64,000 nt of DNA from Eledone cirrhosa. Lineage: Eukaryota. The translations under genes and the position numbers were made by a program. Positions 16,538 through 30,860 of the stretch are shown piece after piece. Under the pieces are notes generated by a model. The model made no database searches. It was given only the letters and a program-made list of their open reading frames with translations, and was not told where the DNA came from. Within the stretch, counting starts at the first letter, position 1, and each line of letters begins with the position of its first letter. The stretch is taken from the NCBI GenBank assembly GCA_964016885.1, contig OZ024748.1:6758001-6822000 (forward strand), given 5' to 3'.

Positions 16538-16573
16538 CTTTACCGGTTTCGCAGTTCTTCTGCTTTTCAAAAG
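16538..16573 (-). ncRNA. Degenerate minimal type I hammerhead
   Basis: Minus strand reads CTT-tTGAAaA-GCAG-aagaa-CTGC-GAAACCGGTA-AAG. Two substitutions in the CUGANGA box; all stems pair. Confidence 0.5.
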
Positions 16574-16984
16574 TAGAGTTGAGATGGAGGGTCTGTGGTT
16601 TTTCTCACATCAGATGATTTTAAAAAATAAGACTCCAGTTGCATTTTCGAGTTCATCTTTTTTTCTTTATACTTTCACTCGTGTAGGACACCGGTTATTT
16701 TTCATTTTGTAAAAAAACCTCACTTTCTTATATATATATATATGTATATAATGTATGCATATAGATATATATATATATATACGTACATACATATAAATAT
16801 ATATATGTATATATATAATATATATGTGCATATATATATATATGTATATGCATGTATGTATATAAAGTCTAATGTGTTGGCATATAAGTCCCAGGAGTCA
16901 GTAGATATCGGACAGACAGACACTCGTGCTTATCCGTCTCAAACATTATACATGCATATATATTATTATTAGTGAATTAGTAGT

Positions 16985-17250
16985 ATTGGTAGGACGTCGG
17001 GCACCTTGCATCGCGGCATAAAGTTATGGCCCTCTACGTTCTGAATTCAGTCAACTTACGGAGTAGATAAAATAAGGTTCCTGTAAAGCACTGGGACCAA
17101 ATTAATAGAATTTCCCCTCCTCCAAAAATTGCTGGCCTTTGCCTCAATCAGAAACCAATATTGTACTAGTCAGGCACTGGGGTCGATTTAATCTAGCTTT
17201 CCCCTATTCCTAAATTGCTGGTCTTGTGCCTAAATCAGAAACCATTATTA
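16985..17250 (+). mobile_element. SINE family 1, diverged, duplicated tail
   Basis: gataaaataagg...cactggg...aattgctgg.cttgtgcctaaatcagaaaccatt occurs twice. Confidence 0.7.
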
Positions 17251-17418
17251 TTATTATTATGAGATACTAACGTTTTAAATCATTGATAAGAGAGTAATAT
17301 ACTGGACATCACCAATCTTAGAGTAACGCCTTTTACTCCCACCTTTCACGATCTTAATCAACGTTTTATGCTTTATACACACATAACCATACATGCATAT
17401 AAATATATATACACATAG

Positions 17419-17489
<71 letters not shown>

Positions 17490-19465
17490 TTAAAAGCACC
17501 CTCCATCTTATTGAGCGATAATTTAAACGATGCCGTCTCTGTATATTCATTCGACCTACCAGAAACAGTAGCTTATTTTCTTTGCTTGCATCCTTCTTTC
17601 TTACAAAGTTACAATGAAGGCCCGATTAAATAATGTATTCTTTGATACACTGTGCCTGAAAAAGAATCTGCATCTTCCCAAAAGGAAATACCTTTAAGAA
17701 TTAGTCTGAAAACTGTTGAATCGATGAGATTAATGTTGGATTTGAATATAAGTCAACTCTTGTTGGTAAGAAATTTAATAAATATACAAGGGGGACAGTT
17801 CAGAGAAATAGTGATCTAGGGGAAGAAGGATTGGATTACAATTGTTAGTTATTTCCCTATGGTCGGGATATAAATGAACATCATAGAAGTTCTGGTGAGG
17901 GAGGACAAAACAGTTGGGTGTGTCAGAGTAGAAGAGGCACGATCCAAGTCAAACCCTCGAGAACGTGTCATATTAGTAAAAGTTGGAAGAGGGGTAGATG
18001 AGAATGAAATATGGGTGAAGGGATGAGAGAAATGACGTTTGTGGGCCAGAGATTCTGACATAAGGGAAGTCAGTAGTATCAAATTTCCAGGTTCGATATA
18101 CGAATTGGGTCTATGTTCGTGTATGTGGGTACGTATATCTGTATAGCAGCGGCGTTATATCAGCTGTAGGAGTGGTATTACATCGTGGGGTTTTTGTCAC
18201 CTGAGCTTTCTAGAAGTTTAAAGCTGTTGCCGTTTTGAAATAATTCATGACCTACCCAAGGAATATCGTTGTTTTTGAAGAGCCCATTTCTGTAATGAGT
18301 ATATGAGTTCGGCAGAGAAGGCCCTTCACTATGTCGAGCCGAGTTTCTCTAATAATTACATTATCTGTACTCTTATCTCTGGCATGCTTATACAATTATA
18401 CTTCATAATTATAATTTCAAAAACATGTTGTTCCATTTTGTGATCAACAGGAATATTCATCGTCGAGAGTGACGGATGTCCAAAAACGTGTTCTCCAGAA
18501 TTCACTCACATTGGTTTTGAGGCGTTGAGGATTCATCATAGTTATATGTTGTTCATATTTATTTAGGATGGGCTGCAAAAATATTTTCTTGGTATGTGTA
18601 GCATTTGGAAGTTTTCTAGTAATATTACAACGGTCTTTGCTCCTCAGAGACCGTATATCGTATAACACTCCCCAGGTAATCACACCCAAAACGCCTGCCT
18701 CTTTTCTTCTCAACACTCATCTTTTCCTACCAGAACGTCACCCTTCTGGAATTATTTTACTGTTCGTAGCAGCTGTGGAACCTCATAACTCTAAGAGGGC
18801 TTGCACAGGCCACCGGTAGGCCACAGCCCATTCCTCTTGATTAACACTGTAAGAAAAAAAAAAATAAAGATCAAAGCAGGTATATGAAAGATTTGATGCC
18901 AATTCTTTCAAATATTTGGCAAAGACATAAGTGTAGAGATATTTGTAATAGAACTATATAAAAACAATACTTGCCAGAGTTTCATATATAACATGAACCT
19001 TTTTAACAACAAAAGAGAAACATATGTAATACGTAATAAAATTTGAGCAGATCTTTGCTGCTGCTGTTGATAATGTTTGAGTTCACTCAAGCCTTCATTG
19101 AGCAAAGTGATGAAAGACATTCCCATTATAACCATCCCATCGTTTCATCACACAAATGTACTTAAGGCCTTCTCATATATTTTGTATTTCCTTAAGAAAA
19201 ACAAAAAAAGAGTTTGTGTTGCTCATTTTAGTCCTCAAATCTCTGTCAAATCACTGCAAACCTTTGGATAAGATTTCATTTTTGGATCAGATCCAAAAAT
19301 AAATAAATAAAAATCAGTATAGGTAGAAAAATCCAATGAGAGAACATTTAAGGTTTCGCCTGGTATGCTAGAAATAGTAGCCATATTTCCATCAGATCAC
19401 AAACACAGAAAATATCACATCGGATATAATAATCCAAGTTCTACTATGTAGATCGATATAATATA

Positions 19466-19790
19466 ATTGTTTCTATTTAGACACAATAACAGTAATTTGG
19501 GGGAGGAGAAAGTCAATTAAATCGATAACAGTACATTACTGGTACTTTATTTTATCGACCCCGTAAGGATGAAAGACAAAGCTAACCTCGGTGAGATTTG
19601 AACACAGAACGTAAAGGCCCGTAACTCTATGCTGCGAAGCAAGGTATCAGATGCTCTACCAATCCAATGCGCTTGATAAACAATTGTTTCTACTTTTAGC
19701 ACAATGCCAGCAATGATCACAGTGCATTACTGGTGCTTTATTTTATCGACCCCGGGATTTGAATTCAGACCGTAAAGAGCCATAACTCTA
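19466..19790 (-). mobile_element. Two tandem SINE family 1 copies
   Basis: Reverse complement of the consensus (ttactggt.ctttattttatcgacccc...atttgaa) occurs twice. Confidence 0.8.
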
Positions 19791-20737
19791 TACTTGATAA
19801 AAAATAATGTTGACTGGTCACGGCTGAAATACCTCTGATTATATAGATCCGTTCCATTTGAGTTCACCTCTAGCTAAACATCAATAAGTTGACCTCTGTT
19901 TAAATATCAATATGCTGACCTCTGGTTTACAGCAATAGACGGGCTATATAAAAGTCCCGTTCAAAAAAAGGTGCACAGACAGAAATTGAGGGGCAATAAA
20001 CCTACTTCATTGTAATATTTGTAACTTTGTAAGGTTTCAAACATCATCATGTTGAGGGTAAGTAAGACAAAACTATGTTTAGATATGAAGGTGATTAAAT
20101 TCATTGCTAAATAACGAGCACAGATCAAAGGAAGGATGCCGCTAGATTTCATATCAAGAAGGAACATCAGTCAGCAGGCAATTGACAATGGCTGAAGCGT
20201 ACAGTGGTCAATAGGGTGGTCAATGTAGTGGTCGTGGTGATGGTGGTCGTAGTAGTGGTAGTGGTGGTAGTGTGTGGCGGTGGTGGTGGTGGTGGTGGTG
20301 ATAGTGTGTGTGGTGGTGGTGGTAGTGTGTGTGGTGGTGGTGGTGGTGGTAGTGTGTGTGATGGTGATGGTGGTGGTGGTGGTGATAGTGTGTGTGGTGG
20401 TGGTGGTGGTGGTAGTGTGTGTGGTGGTGGTGGTGGTGGTAGTGTGTGTGGTGGTGGTGGTGGTGATAGTGTGTGTGATGGTGATGGTGGTGGTAGTTTC
20501 TGTGATGGTGGTGGTGGTGGTGATAGTGTGTGTGGTGGTGGTGGTAGTGTGGTGGTGGTGGTGGTAGTGTGTGTGGTAGTGTGTGTGAGGTGGCGGTGGC
20601 GGGAGGGAGGGGGGGGGGGGGAGTGTGTGTGTGGTCGGTCAAATATATATCAGAAAGAGATAAGAAAATATAATAAAGAAAATCAGAAAGAAATTCAAAA
20701 TAGACAAACACTGAGAATTGGAGCACATTATCCTGCT

Positions 20738-20915
20738 TAGCGGCATAGAGCTACGGCCTTTTACGTTCTGAGTTCAAATCCCGCCGAGGTTAGCTTGGCC
20801 TTTCATCCTTAGAGTGTCAATAAAATAAAGTACCAGTAATGCACTGGGGTAGATTTAATTAACTTTCCCTTTGGCCAAAATGTTTTGGCCTTGTGCCAAA
20901 AGCAGAAACCATTAT
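20738..20915 (+). mobile_element. SINE family 1
   Basis: gagttcaaatcccgccgaggtt...gcctttcatcctta...taaaataaagtaccagtaatgcactggg. Confidence 0.85.
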
Positions 20916-22417
20916 CCTGTTGAAAGTTAACTTGTTTCTCGATCTGCTAGAAATAGTAGTCAAATCTTCGAGAAATCGCACCATCGTGCAATTGTGAAGG
21001 GGGCCCACCAGCGACGGCCGTAGCAATTTATTTGTGCCCCCAGCTGGTCTTTTTAGTTTTAGGATGGTTAGATTTTTAAAATTTAATACATGTATGTATA
21101 ACTTTTCAATTTCAATTACTTGCGACAAGCTAACTTTGATATGTAAAATTGGCGGGGCGGTTGTGTATGAGGAGCCCCCAAACTGAAGTGGACCGCAAAC
21201 CTGGGTACGTGTGTTTGTATCAGCGATTATGTTTACTGTTGCTTTAGATCCAGTAACCTAGCGCTTCGACTTACCGAGTTTGATAAAACAATTAAAAGAT
21301 TTAAAAAGAATAATTAACCTCCACCATCACACAACTACCACCACCACACAAGTACTGGGTCGATATGATCGACTAACTCTTATGAATGTGATACTCCAGC
21401 AAGTCCTCAGTCTAATAGCTGGATCTAATAGAAGAAGAAAAATACATACAGACACATACATACATATATATATATACATACATACACACGCACATATATA
21501 CATATATACATACATACATACATAGGACAAACATTCAGAAATACACTCACACATTCAAACACGTACACACACATATGTCTACATACGTGGGTGTGGGTGA
21601 AAAGAGAGAGGTAGGGAGAGAGAGAGGGAATGAGAGAGAATGAGAAATAATGAGAGAGAATGAAAGAGGAGTATGAGAGAGAAGGAGAGAGAATGAGAGA
21701 GACACCTGCCTCTTAAATAAACAATATAACATAATGGTGCTAGACAAGAAAAGAAGGAGAGAAAGAGAGAAGAAGAGAAGAAGGAAACAAGAGAAAGAGA
21801 AAGGAAGAGAAGAAAAGAAAAAGACAAGAGACGAAGAGAAGGAGAGAAGAAGAGAAGAAGACAAGAGAAGGGGAGAAGAAGAGAAGAAGGAAACAAGAGA
21901 AGGAGAGAAGAATAAACTTAAGTAAAATCGATGAAGAACAAAGACGTCCATATCTTATGTAACCTTGAACCTGACGTAGAGTAACAGTCCCAGTTGGTAC
22001 AGCTATAAATCTTAACAATACTTGGTTCATATTGATGTTGTTGTTGGTGGTGGTGGTGGTGGTGGTGGTAATGGAGGTGGTGGTGGTGGTGGTCGTGGTG
22101 GTGGTGCTGGTGGTGGTGGTGGTGTTAATGGAGGTGGTGGTGGTGGTAGTCGTGGTGGTGGTGCTGGTGGTGGTGTTAATGGAGGTGGTTTTGGTGGTGG
22201 TGTTGGTGGTGGCGGTGCTGATGATAATGGAGGTGGTGGTGGTGGTGGTGTTGTTGGTGATGGTGGTGGTGATGGTGTTGTTGTTGTTGGTGGTGGTGGT
22301 GGTGGTGGTGGTGGTGATGGTGTTGTTGGTGTTGTTGTTGTTGGTGGTGGTGGTGGTTGTGGTGGTAATGGTGATGCTTTTGTTATTAGCTTATTAATGA
22401 TGTCGTTGTTCTTTTCG

Positions 22418-22461
<44 letters not shown>

Positions 22462-23958
22462 AGTGATGGTTGTAGTAGTGATGCTGTTGTTGTTATTAGC
22501 GTCTTATAGTTGCTGTCGTTCTTGCTGGTGGTGATAGTGATCGTGGTGGTGGTGGTGATAGTGATCGTGGTGGTGTTGATGGTGGAGTTCTTACTGATGG
22601 TGGAGGTAGTGGCGATGTTTCACTTGTTGGCAGTAGTTGTGATAGTAGTGATATTGGTTGTAGTAGTGATATTTTTGTTGATATCTCTAACAAGATCTTG
22701 ATCCCTTTCCCTTATCGCGATGCTCCTTATCGTGTACATAATGTTGACACTGTATATAATAACTATATCATGTCTTCTAACCTGTATTTCTTGGTCTGTC
22801 TAGATTGTCAAATCTCAAAATATCTTGAACCTCTCATTTTCAACAACATTCTCAGTTTGGTGTTGATACCATTTGCTACGGCACTTCAAATCGTCGTTAT
22901 TCCAAGATGTTCCCGTGTAGAACCCTAACTACACACTCGTGGAGAGACATACTATTTCTGTGCCAAGCAGCTACACTATATAACTGACAGTCCGTCGGTA
23001 ACGACGACGAGTGTAACAGTTGATCCGATCAACCAAAACAACCTGCTCGTGAAATTGATATGCAAGTGGCTAAGCATTCCACAGCAGACACGCGTCTCCT
23101 TACCTTAATTATCAGGGAGATTCAGCGTGACACAGAATGTGACAAGGCTGACCATTCGAATTACAGGTACAACTTGTTTTTTGCCAGCTGGGTGGACTGG
23201 AGCAACGTGAAGGGACACAACATGCCTCTGGGCATAGGACTCACCAACTTACCATGGTGAACCGAATACCCTAACCCCATAGCCACGAACCTTCACACAC
23301 CCTAAATGTGCATTATTGACTCATGCATCTAACTGCACATTGTGCAATTGTTATTCTCATTAATTTGGTCAATTTTCCATTTAAGATTACTTCATAAGAC
23401 CTGTGAGTGGGAAGCTATGATTAGATTTTCAGTTTCTTTCTTCAACTCATCATGTTTTCGGTTACAACCAAGAATTCTCATTAAAAGCTAGCGATTGCTT
23501 GGTTTCTCAGAAATAACGTCCATGGAGTTCTTTTCTTTATATATTACTTTTTTTTTTTTTTCACATCCTTTCTCCCACAGCATACCTTTACATATTCAAC
23601 TTCCACACCATTGCTAACCTTACCATGGTACAGATATAACGCTTTCTGAACACCACATCACGTATTCTTCCAGATTATGTTCTGCCATATTACTAATGAA
23701 GGCGTGTGGCTGAGTGGTTAGATAACAGCATTCGCAATTGTGAGGTTGTTAGTTCGATTCCCGGACCGAGCGATGTGTTATGTCCTTGAGCAAGACACTT
23801 TATTTCACGTTGCTCTTTCTACCTGGAGTTGCGACCGATAAACAGTATTAGCAATTAGAAAGACCAGCAGAAACATTGTTTCCTCGGCCCGATTTGACGC
23901 AAGTCGATCGACAAAAAAAAAAATATTACTAATATTATTCTTATCGTTATTATTTATA

Positions 23959-24376
23959 AGGACGGTGGTTTAGCAGAATCGGTAGAGCGTCAGACTCCAT
24001 GGTTTTCAGCATAGAGTTACGACGCTTTACGTTCTGATGTCAAATCCCGCCGAGGTTAATTTTGCCTTTCATCCTTACGGGATCGATAAAATAAAGTACC
24101 AGTAATGCACTGAGTAATTGCTGGCCTTGTGCCAAAAGTAGAAACAATTATTTATGAGAAAAGTGCGGTGTATTGGCAGTATCTATAGAGGGTCGGACAA
24201 CATGCTGTGCAGTATAGAATCAGGAACGTTTACGTTCTCAGTTCAAATCCCGCCGAGGATAAATTTGCGTTTCATCCTTACAGGGTCGATTATATAAAGT
24301 ACCAGCAACGCACTTTAATCAACTTTCCCCTCCCTTCAAATTGCTGGCCTTGTGCCTAAATCAGAAACCATTATTA
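23959..24376 (+). mobile_element. Two tandem full-length SINE family 1 copies
   Basis: Head-to-tail copies at 23959-24150 and about 24163-24376. Confidence 0.85.
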
Positions 24377-24633
24377 TATTATTTAATATCTATAATTTAT
24401 ATATAATTATCCCTAGCATTTTACAGCAGTGTAGGAAAGAAACATCAGAGGAAAAGCCTCGCCTGCAGATCAGAGATTGGGTATGAAGGCTGTACATATT
24501 TACAGATAAATTCTGCCATGACATGGGAACATGCCTATTACATCATCACAACCGGATACCAAGAGAAAGAGAGACCGATAGTGAAAAAGGGATACATGCA
24601 AACACAGACATATGCACATATATATATATACAT

Positions 24634-24678
<45 letters not shown>

Positions 24679-25734
24679 AATAGAAGGAGAGATAGAGAGA
24701 AATAAATGTGGAAATTAAAGGGAAGCTGAAGCTGAGGTTTAATTTTCGTTCTGTTGTTTCACACTACACAGCATTTACCTGTCAGTAATTTTACTCCTGA
24801 TTTATAACTGGCATGGATAATCTGCAACATTTAAATTAGATTAATTATCTCTACATTTTATAAGGAAACACACTGCCAACCTGCTTGATTATAGTCCAGT
24901 TCTATGCAGAATCTTACCCACATAAATCTATTTTGTTCTGAAATTCCCAGTTGCAGAGCGCGAATTCGGAGTAAGAATTCTGGGGATGATAATGACCTTA
25001 AGAACAAGGAACATGTATTAAGTGGGGGATGGGCTGTCTTGGGTTAGGTTGGGTTAGGTAGGGGCCAGAAATGGTTGGATTGGGTGTGAGATGTTTCTGT
25101 TTCATTGCAAAGGTAGAGAAAAGAAGGAGAGCCAACTATAGTGAAATTTAACGCTGGTGGAATAGATTCCAGCATTCTCATTCTGTTTTCAACTTACACT
25201 CTTGGAGTAATTACGTGTTCTATCATTTCTATTGACATCACACTAAACATTACTTTAAAACAATCATACATTCGAACACACACAAACACAGACACAGACA
25301 CAGGCACGCACACACACTCACCCATATACATACACTCACACAAGCCCCCATATACTCACATACGCATGTACACAGACACTGACCTTCAAACATTTACAAA
25401 CGTATACATACAGAGAGATATATATAACCCATACACACACTCAACTAAATATCAATTCACACATACACAAATATTCATACATTCACATACGTATACATAC
25501 AGAGAGATATACATTCATACACACCGAAATACATACATGCATACACACAGATATTTATATAACACTCTGATACACTAACAATAATATACATTCATACACA
25601 CCGAAATACATACATGCATACACACAGATATTTATATAACACACTGATACACTAACAATAATATACATACATACACACCTTCATTTATTTACAGACACAT
25701 GCATCCAAAGTGACATAGATACACAGATATCTTT

Positions 25735-25802
<68 letters not shown>

Positions 25803-26286
25803 TTAATGGCATACATGCACAATGAAACATTCGTATACACACCCACAAACAAACACTCATATACACAATTACGGACATTCATACATACAATCACATACAA
25901 ACAAGCAAGTACGTGGCAAAGCTGAAGTGAGAGCTTCTATGTGGTCAATCTTTCTGTTAGAAATAGCAGCAAATAACCTGATATAAACCCTGCATCCAAA
26001 CTGACAATACGATTGTAGTTAAAACCCATTTGGACCTAGGTCTACTCAGCTAAGGCTGAACTAGGGATACATTTACCACTGCGTTCCACCTACATAGTGG
26101 TGTAGTGGCAATATTACACACCTTCCTATATTCCAATAAAGATAACAAAATTATTGATATAACTTTGATAACTTTGATAACTCAGGCCATGTCTGACTTA
26201 ATAGCATCACCTGACGAATATACCGCATAAATTAATTATGGTCATCAATGAGAGCCAATACACCTAATATAGATATGCCGTGTGTG

Positions 26287-26361
<75 letters not shown>

Positions 26362-26489
26362 GACAAGGAAAACGACAGGGTTCTTTTGAAAAATGGAGCT
26401 CCACCAGTTTTGCCTGCATTTTGCCAATTTCTCATACGTGTCTATCCTTGTTTAGTCGTATGAAGTTAGACAATTTTTAGAATATGCGT

Positions 26490-26567
<78 letters not shown>

Positions 26568-26572
26568 TTATA

Positions 26573-26646
<74 letters not shown>

Positions 26647-26648
<2 letters not shown>

Positions 26649-26831
26649 GTTATTCCGGGTTGAATCGGAGGTAACCACAGTAAGTAAGGTACTCAATACA
26701 TTGCAGAGTATAAAAGTTTTAATATAGATGAGATTCTACAGGACTAGAACTGTTTCATTCTTTAGAATGATTCCTGATGATTTCTAAAGAATGAAACAGT
26801 TCTAGTCCTGTAGAATCTCATCTATATTAAA

Positions 26832-26838
<7 letters not shown>
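26647..26838. mobile_element. Family B fold-back element holding one complete hammerhead
   Basis: Inverted arms about 26710-26767 and 26782-26838, flanked on both sides by (TA)n. Confidence 0.75.
26769..26817 (+). ncRNA. Type I hammerhead ribozyme motif (family B)
   Basis: GATTC-CTGATGA-tTTCTaaAGAAt-GAA-ACAG-ttctagtc-CTGT-A-GAATC. Stems I, II and III all pair. Predicted cleavage after GUA at 26812. Confidence 0.8.
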
Positions 26839-26911
<73 letters not shown>

Positions 26912-26936
26912 TAAGTATTCACTCCCATATATATAT

Positions 26937-26970
<34 letters not shown>

Positions 26971-27238
26971 TGCTCTTTAATTTCTATTTCTATGTGAGGA
27001 GTTATAACCCAGTATGGTATTTGTGTTTTAATTAGTTTTACTTGTAATCTTGACAGGTTGCCCTCCTACTGTATATAAAGATTGCTGGATAAGATAATTA
27101 ACATTACACCGAGGGATAGAGCATATAAAATACACTTACACTAATACTCACTCACTCACACACAAACGCGCGCGCGCGCACACACGTATGTATATATATA
27201 TATTCAAACATATTGAATGCTCAAATGCACGGGGGTTA

Positions 27239-27283
<45 letters not shown>

Positions 27284-27328
27284 ATATATATATAAATACA
27301 TATGTATATATATGTTTATATATATATG

Positions 27329-27391
<63 letters not shown>

Positions 27392-27560
27392 ATGTGTGTG
27401 TGTATGTATGTATGTAAGTGTATGTTTCTGTATGTGTGTCTGTCTGTATATATGTGTATATTTTTATGTGTTCATATATATATACATATATTTTGTTTTC
27501 CTTTAATTTTCAATTATGTTCATTGTATATTATATTCTTTCCACATGCAACAATTATGTA

Positions 27561-27602
<42 letters not shown>

Positions 27603-28432
27603 GGTTTGTTTGTGTGTTTAGGTGTCATTTGCCATATAACAATCATGGATTGATAATTCCAGTACTTCCAGTTCAAACCACACATACATAGTCATGTTCA
27701 CACGCACACACACACCTCCATATACATACATTCTTATTTACACATAGACACACACACATCTAAACAATGACTCACATATGCACATACTTATAAAATTGAA
27801 TTGAGACACATTGACAAACAAATACATAGAAACATACATAATATATACATAAATACATACATAGATTCATACCTAAATACACATATACATATATAAATAT
27901 ATAAATATATACATAAATTCATACATAAAAACATGCATAAATACATACATACATACAAACATATAAAAAGATAATAAACAAGTACTTGATGATTTTATTA
28001 ATGGAGTTCTCCAGACATTGTATTATAGATTAAGGGAGTGAGTACTCCTCAGGCACTTGTAAACTAAGAGTTAATCTTGGAGATAGAATCAGTATGACGT
28101 CTTGTTTGACAATGTTAAATTCCTTGGCTTACATATACTCTGACGGGCTTCCACATCTTCCCTCTCAACACAGATGCACTCAGGTTATTAGGGTGACACG
28201 TGAATGTGTTTGTCTATGTGTATGTATGTTTATGATGTGTGTGTGTTGAGGGTCGTGTTAGACCAGTTCAAACATGATCAAGCAGAACAGCTTTTTCGGA
28301 CATCAAATTACATATGACCCAATATTATATATATCTGTTCAAACCACACATACATATCGACTGAAACCGGTACTAAAAAATGTTTTTAAATGTATATACA
28401 CTATTGCAAACGCTCAAACCGTGCTGCCTCAT

Positions 28433-28586
28433 CATATGCTTTTCAGTATAGTTACGTCCCTTTACGATCTGAGTTCAAATCCCGCCGAGGTTCACTTTGC
28501 CTTTCATCCTTACGGGGTCGATAAAATAAAGTACCAGTAATTCACTGGGTAATTGCTGGCCTTGTGCCTAAAGTAGAAACAATTAT
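28433..28586 (+). mobile_element. SINE family 1, 5'-truncated, between inverted hammerhead-element arms
   Basis: Matches the family consensus from atgctttt.agtatagttacg to gtagaaacaattat. Confidence 0.85.
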
Positions 28587-28716
28587 ATGTATCTGTTAAA
28601 TAGTTATCTAGGTTTTAGTGAAAAGTGGACATCCATATCTAGCAAGCCCATCGACCATGATGAGGCAGCACGGTTTGAGCGTTTGCAATAGTGTATATAC
28701 TTTTAAAAACAATTTT

Positions 28717-28760
28717 TAGTACCGGTTTCAGTCGATAGTAATTTCGACTTCTTCATGCTA
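28717..28760 (-). ncRNA. Degenerate type I hammerhead (one-base insertion in the core)
   Basis: Minus strand reads TAG-C(a)TGAAGA-AGTCGA-aattacta-TCGACT-GAAACCGGTA-CTA. Perfect 6-bp stem II and the palindromic GAAACCGGTH typical of Penelope hammerheads. Confidence 0.6.
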
Positions 28761-28885
28761 CAGGAAATAGGATAAAAAGTATATAATAAAGTTAAGGTGT
28801 ATATTAATTAGAATTAATTGAATATATATAAAAATTCACATTTTCGTTTATCTCTTTCTTTCTCTCTCTTCCTTTGAGGTATGTG

Positions 28886-28984
<99 letters not shown>

Positions 28985-29178
28985 TGTGTGTGTATATAGT
29001 AGAATTTGCCAGATCTACACACCGTTTTTTGAACCGGTGGCTCACAGACTTGCTCAATAATAACAGGGTGAAAACTGAAATTAGAGTGAACTTAATACAA
29101 TGCACCAGTGATGTAAGGAAACCTAAAGGGAGCATAACAGAGCTATCAAGATAGATATCTTTCTTTATTAGCACAAGG

Positions 29179-29254
<76 letters not shown>

Positions 29255-29295
29255 GATAGATAGATAGATTGGCAGGTAGGTATATAGATGAATAT

Positions 29296-29355
29296 GGGGA
29301 GTACGTGGCTCTGATGAACGCCAACCAGCGGGAAACAGACTGTCAGCTTCTCCCC
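29296..29355 (+). ncRNA. Type I hammerhead ribozyme motif (family C)
   Basis: GGGGAG-tacgtg-GCT-CTGATGA-aCGCcaaccaGCGg-GAA-ACA-gac-TGT-C-AGC-tt-CTCCCC. Stem I has an internal loop. Predicted cleavage after GUC at 29344. Confidence 0.8.
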
Positions 29356-30069
29356 CTCTTTCACCGAAAAGAAGTAAGTGACATAGTCACTACTTTAAAA
29401 CTGATAGCGAATGGTCTTCTAAATGTTTTTAATTAAACATACGGTATATTGCCAAATATACTATACATACATTCATGTATATATCGCTATTTCAGAGCAC
29501 CAATACTAATATATATATATATTCTGTTCCAGATCTAGCTGTCTGATGAGGTCATAGCTGTTAACACGGGGGCTTTACCGACTCTCCGAACACTCACACA
29601 CAGGTGTAACCATGATGGACAGTTGGAGGTGCACACGTCATGTTTTATCGACATCGAAAAGTTGAAAAGCTAACCGTCCTCAACTGTTGTGTGTTAATGT
29701 GTGTGTGTTCCGTTGGTGCGGGTATGTGTTTGTGTATCTGCTTGTGTGCATGCGCGTATGTGTCTGTTAATGTGTGCGCATGTGCATTTGTGTGTGTGTT
29801 CGTGCATGTTCTACAATGCGTTTGTTCGTGTGATTTTCTGCGTGCGAGTTTCCTGTGTTCTTGTGTGCTATTGTCTGTGTGTATGTCGGTCTGTGTGTGT
29901 GTGTGTCTGTGTGTTTGCGTGTGTGCAGATCTGTGTGTTTCCTTCTGTGACTCTGTCTGTGTGTGTGTGTGCGTACGGCTTTGTGTTAATCTTTGTATGT
30001 GTGCGTGTGTGTAAGTGTGTGTGTGAGTGTATTGTGAGTGTGTGCGAGAGAGCATGCGAGCGAGTGTGC

Positions 30070-30860
30070 GTATGTGTGAGTGTGTGTATGTGTGTGCATG
30101 TGTGCATGTGTGAGTGTGTGTATGTGTGTGCATGTGTGTCTGTGTGAGTGTGTGTATGTGTGTGCATGTGTGTCTGTGTGAGTGTGTGTATGTGTGTGCA
30201 TGTGTGTCTGTGTGAGTGTGTGTATGTGTGTACATGTGTGTCTGTGTGTGAGTGTGTATGTGTGTGCATGTGTGTCTGTGTGTGAGTGTGTATGTGTGTG
30301 CATGTGTGTCTGTGTGAGTGTGTGTATGTGTGTGCATGTGTGTCTGTGTGAGTGTGTGTATGTGTGTGCATGTGTGTCTGTGTGAGTGTGTGTATGTGTG
30401 TGCATGTGTGTCTGTGTGGGAGTATGTGTGTGCATGTGTGTCTGTGTGAGTGTGTGTATGTGTGTGCATGTGTGTCTGTGTGAGTGTGTGTATGTGTGTG
30501 CATGTGTGTCTGTGTGAGTGTGTGTATGTGTGTGCATGTGTGTATGTGTGAGTGTGTGTATGTGTGTGCATGTGTGTCTGTGTAAGTGTGTGTATGTGTG
30601 TGCATGTGTGTCTGTGTGGGAGTGTGTATGTGTGTGCATGTGTGTATGTGTGAGTGTGTGTATGTGTGTGCATGTGTGTCTGTGTGAGTGTGTGTATGTG
30701 TGTGCATGTGTGTCTGTGTGAGTGTGTGTATGTGTGTGCATGTGTGTCTGTGTGAGTGTGTGTATGTGTGTGCATGTGTGTATGTGTGAGTGTGTGTATG
30801 TGTGTGCATGTGTGTCTGTGTGAGTGTGTGTATGTGTGTGCATGTGTGTCTGTGTGTGAG
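30070..30860. repeat. 34-bp GT-derived minisatellite, about 23 units
   Basis: Unit gtgtgtgtatgtgtgtgcatgtgtgtctgtgtga. Confidence 0.9.

Noticed and set aside
17830-18830. Higher-complexity block that might be an exon or LINE relic (likewise 39830-40260 and 63105-63380)
   Set aside because: The frames I examined are interrupted and I recognised no motif.
29535-29600. CTGATGAG as a second hammerhead near the 29296 motif
   Set aside because: No downstream GAAA closes a stem II.
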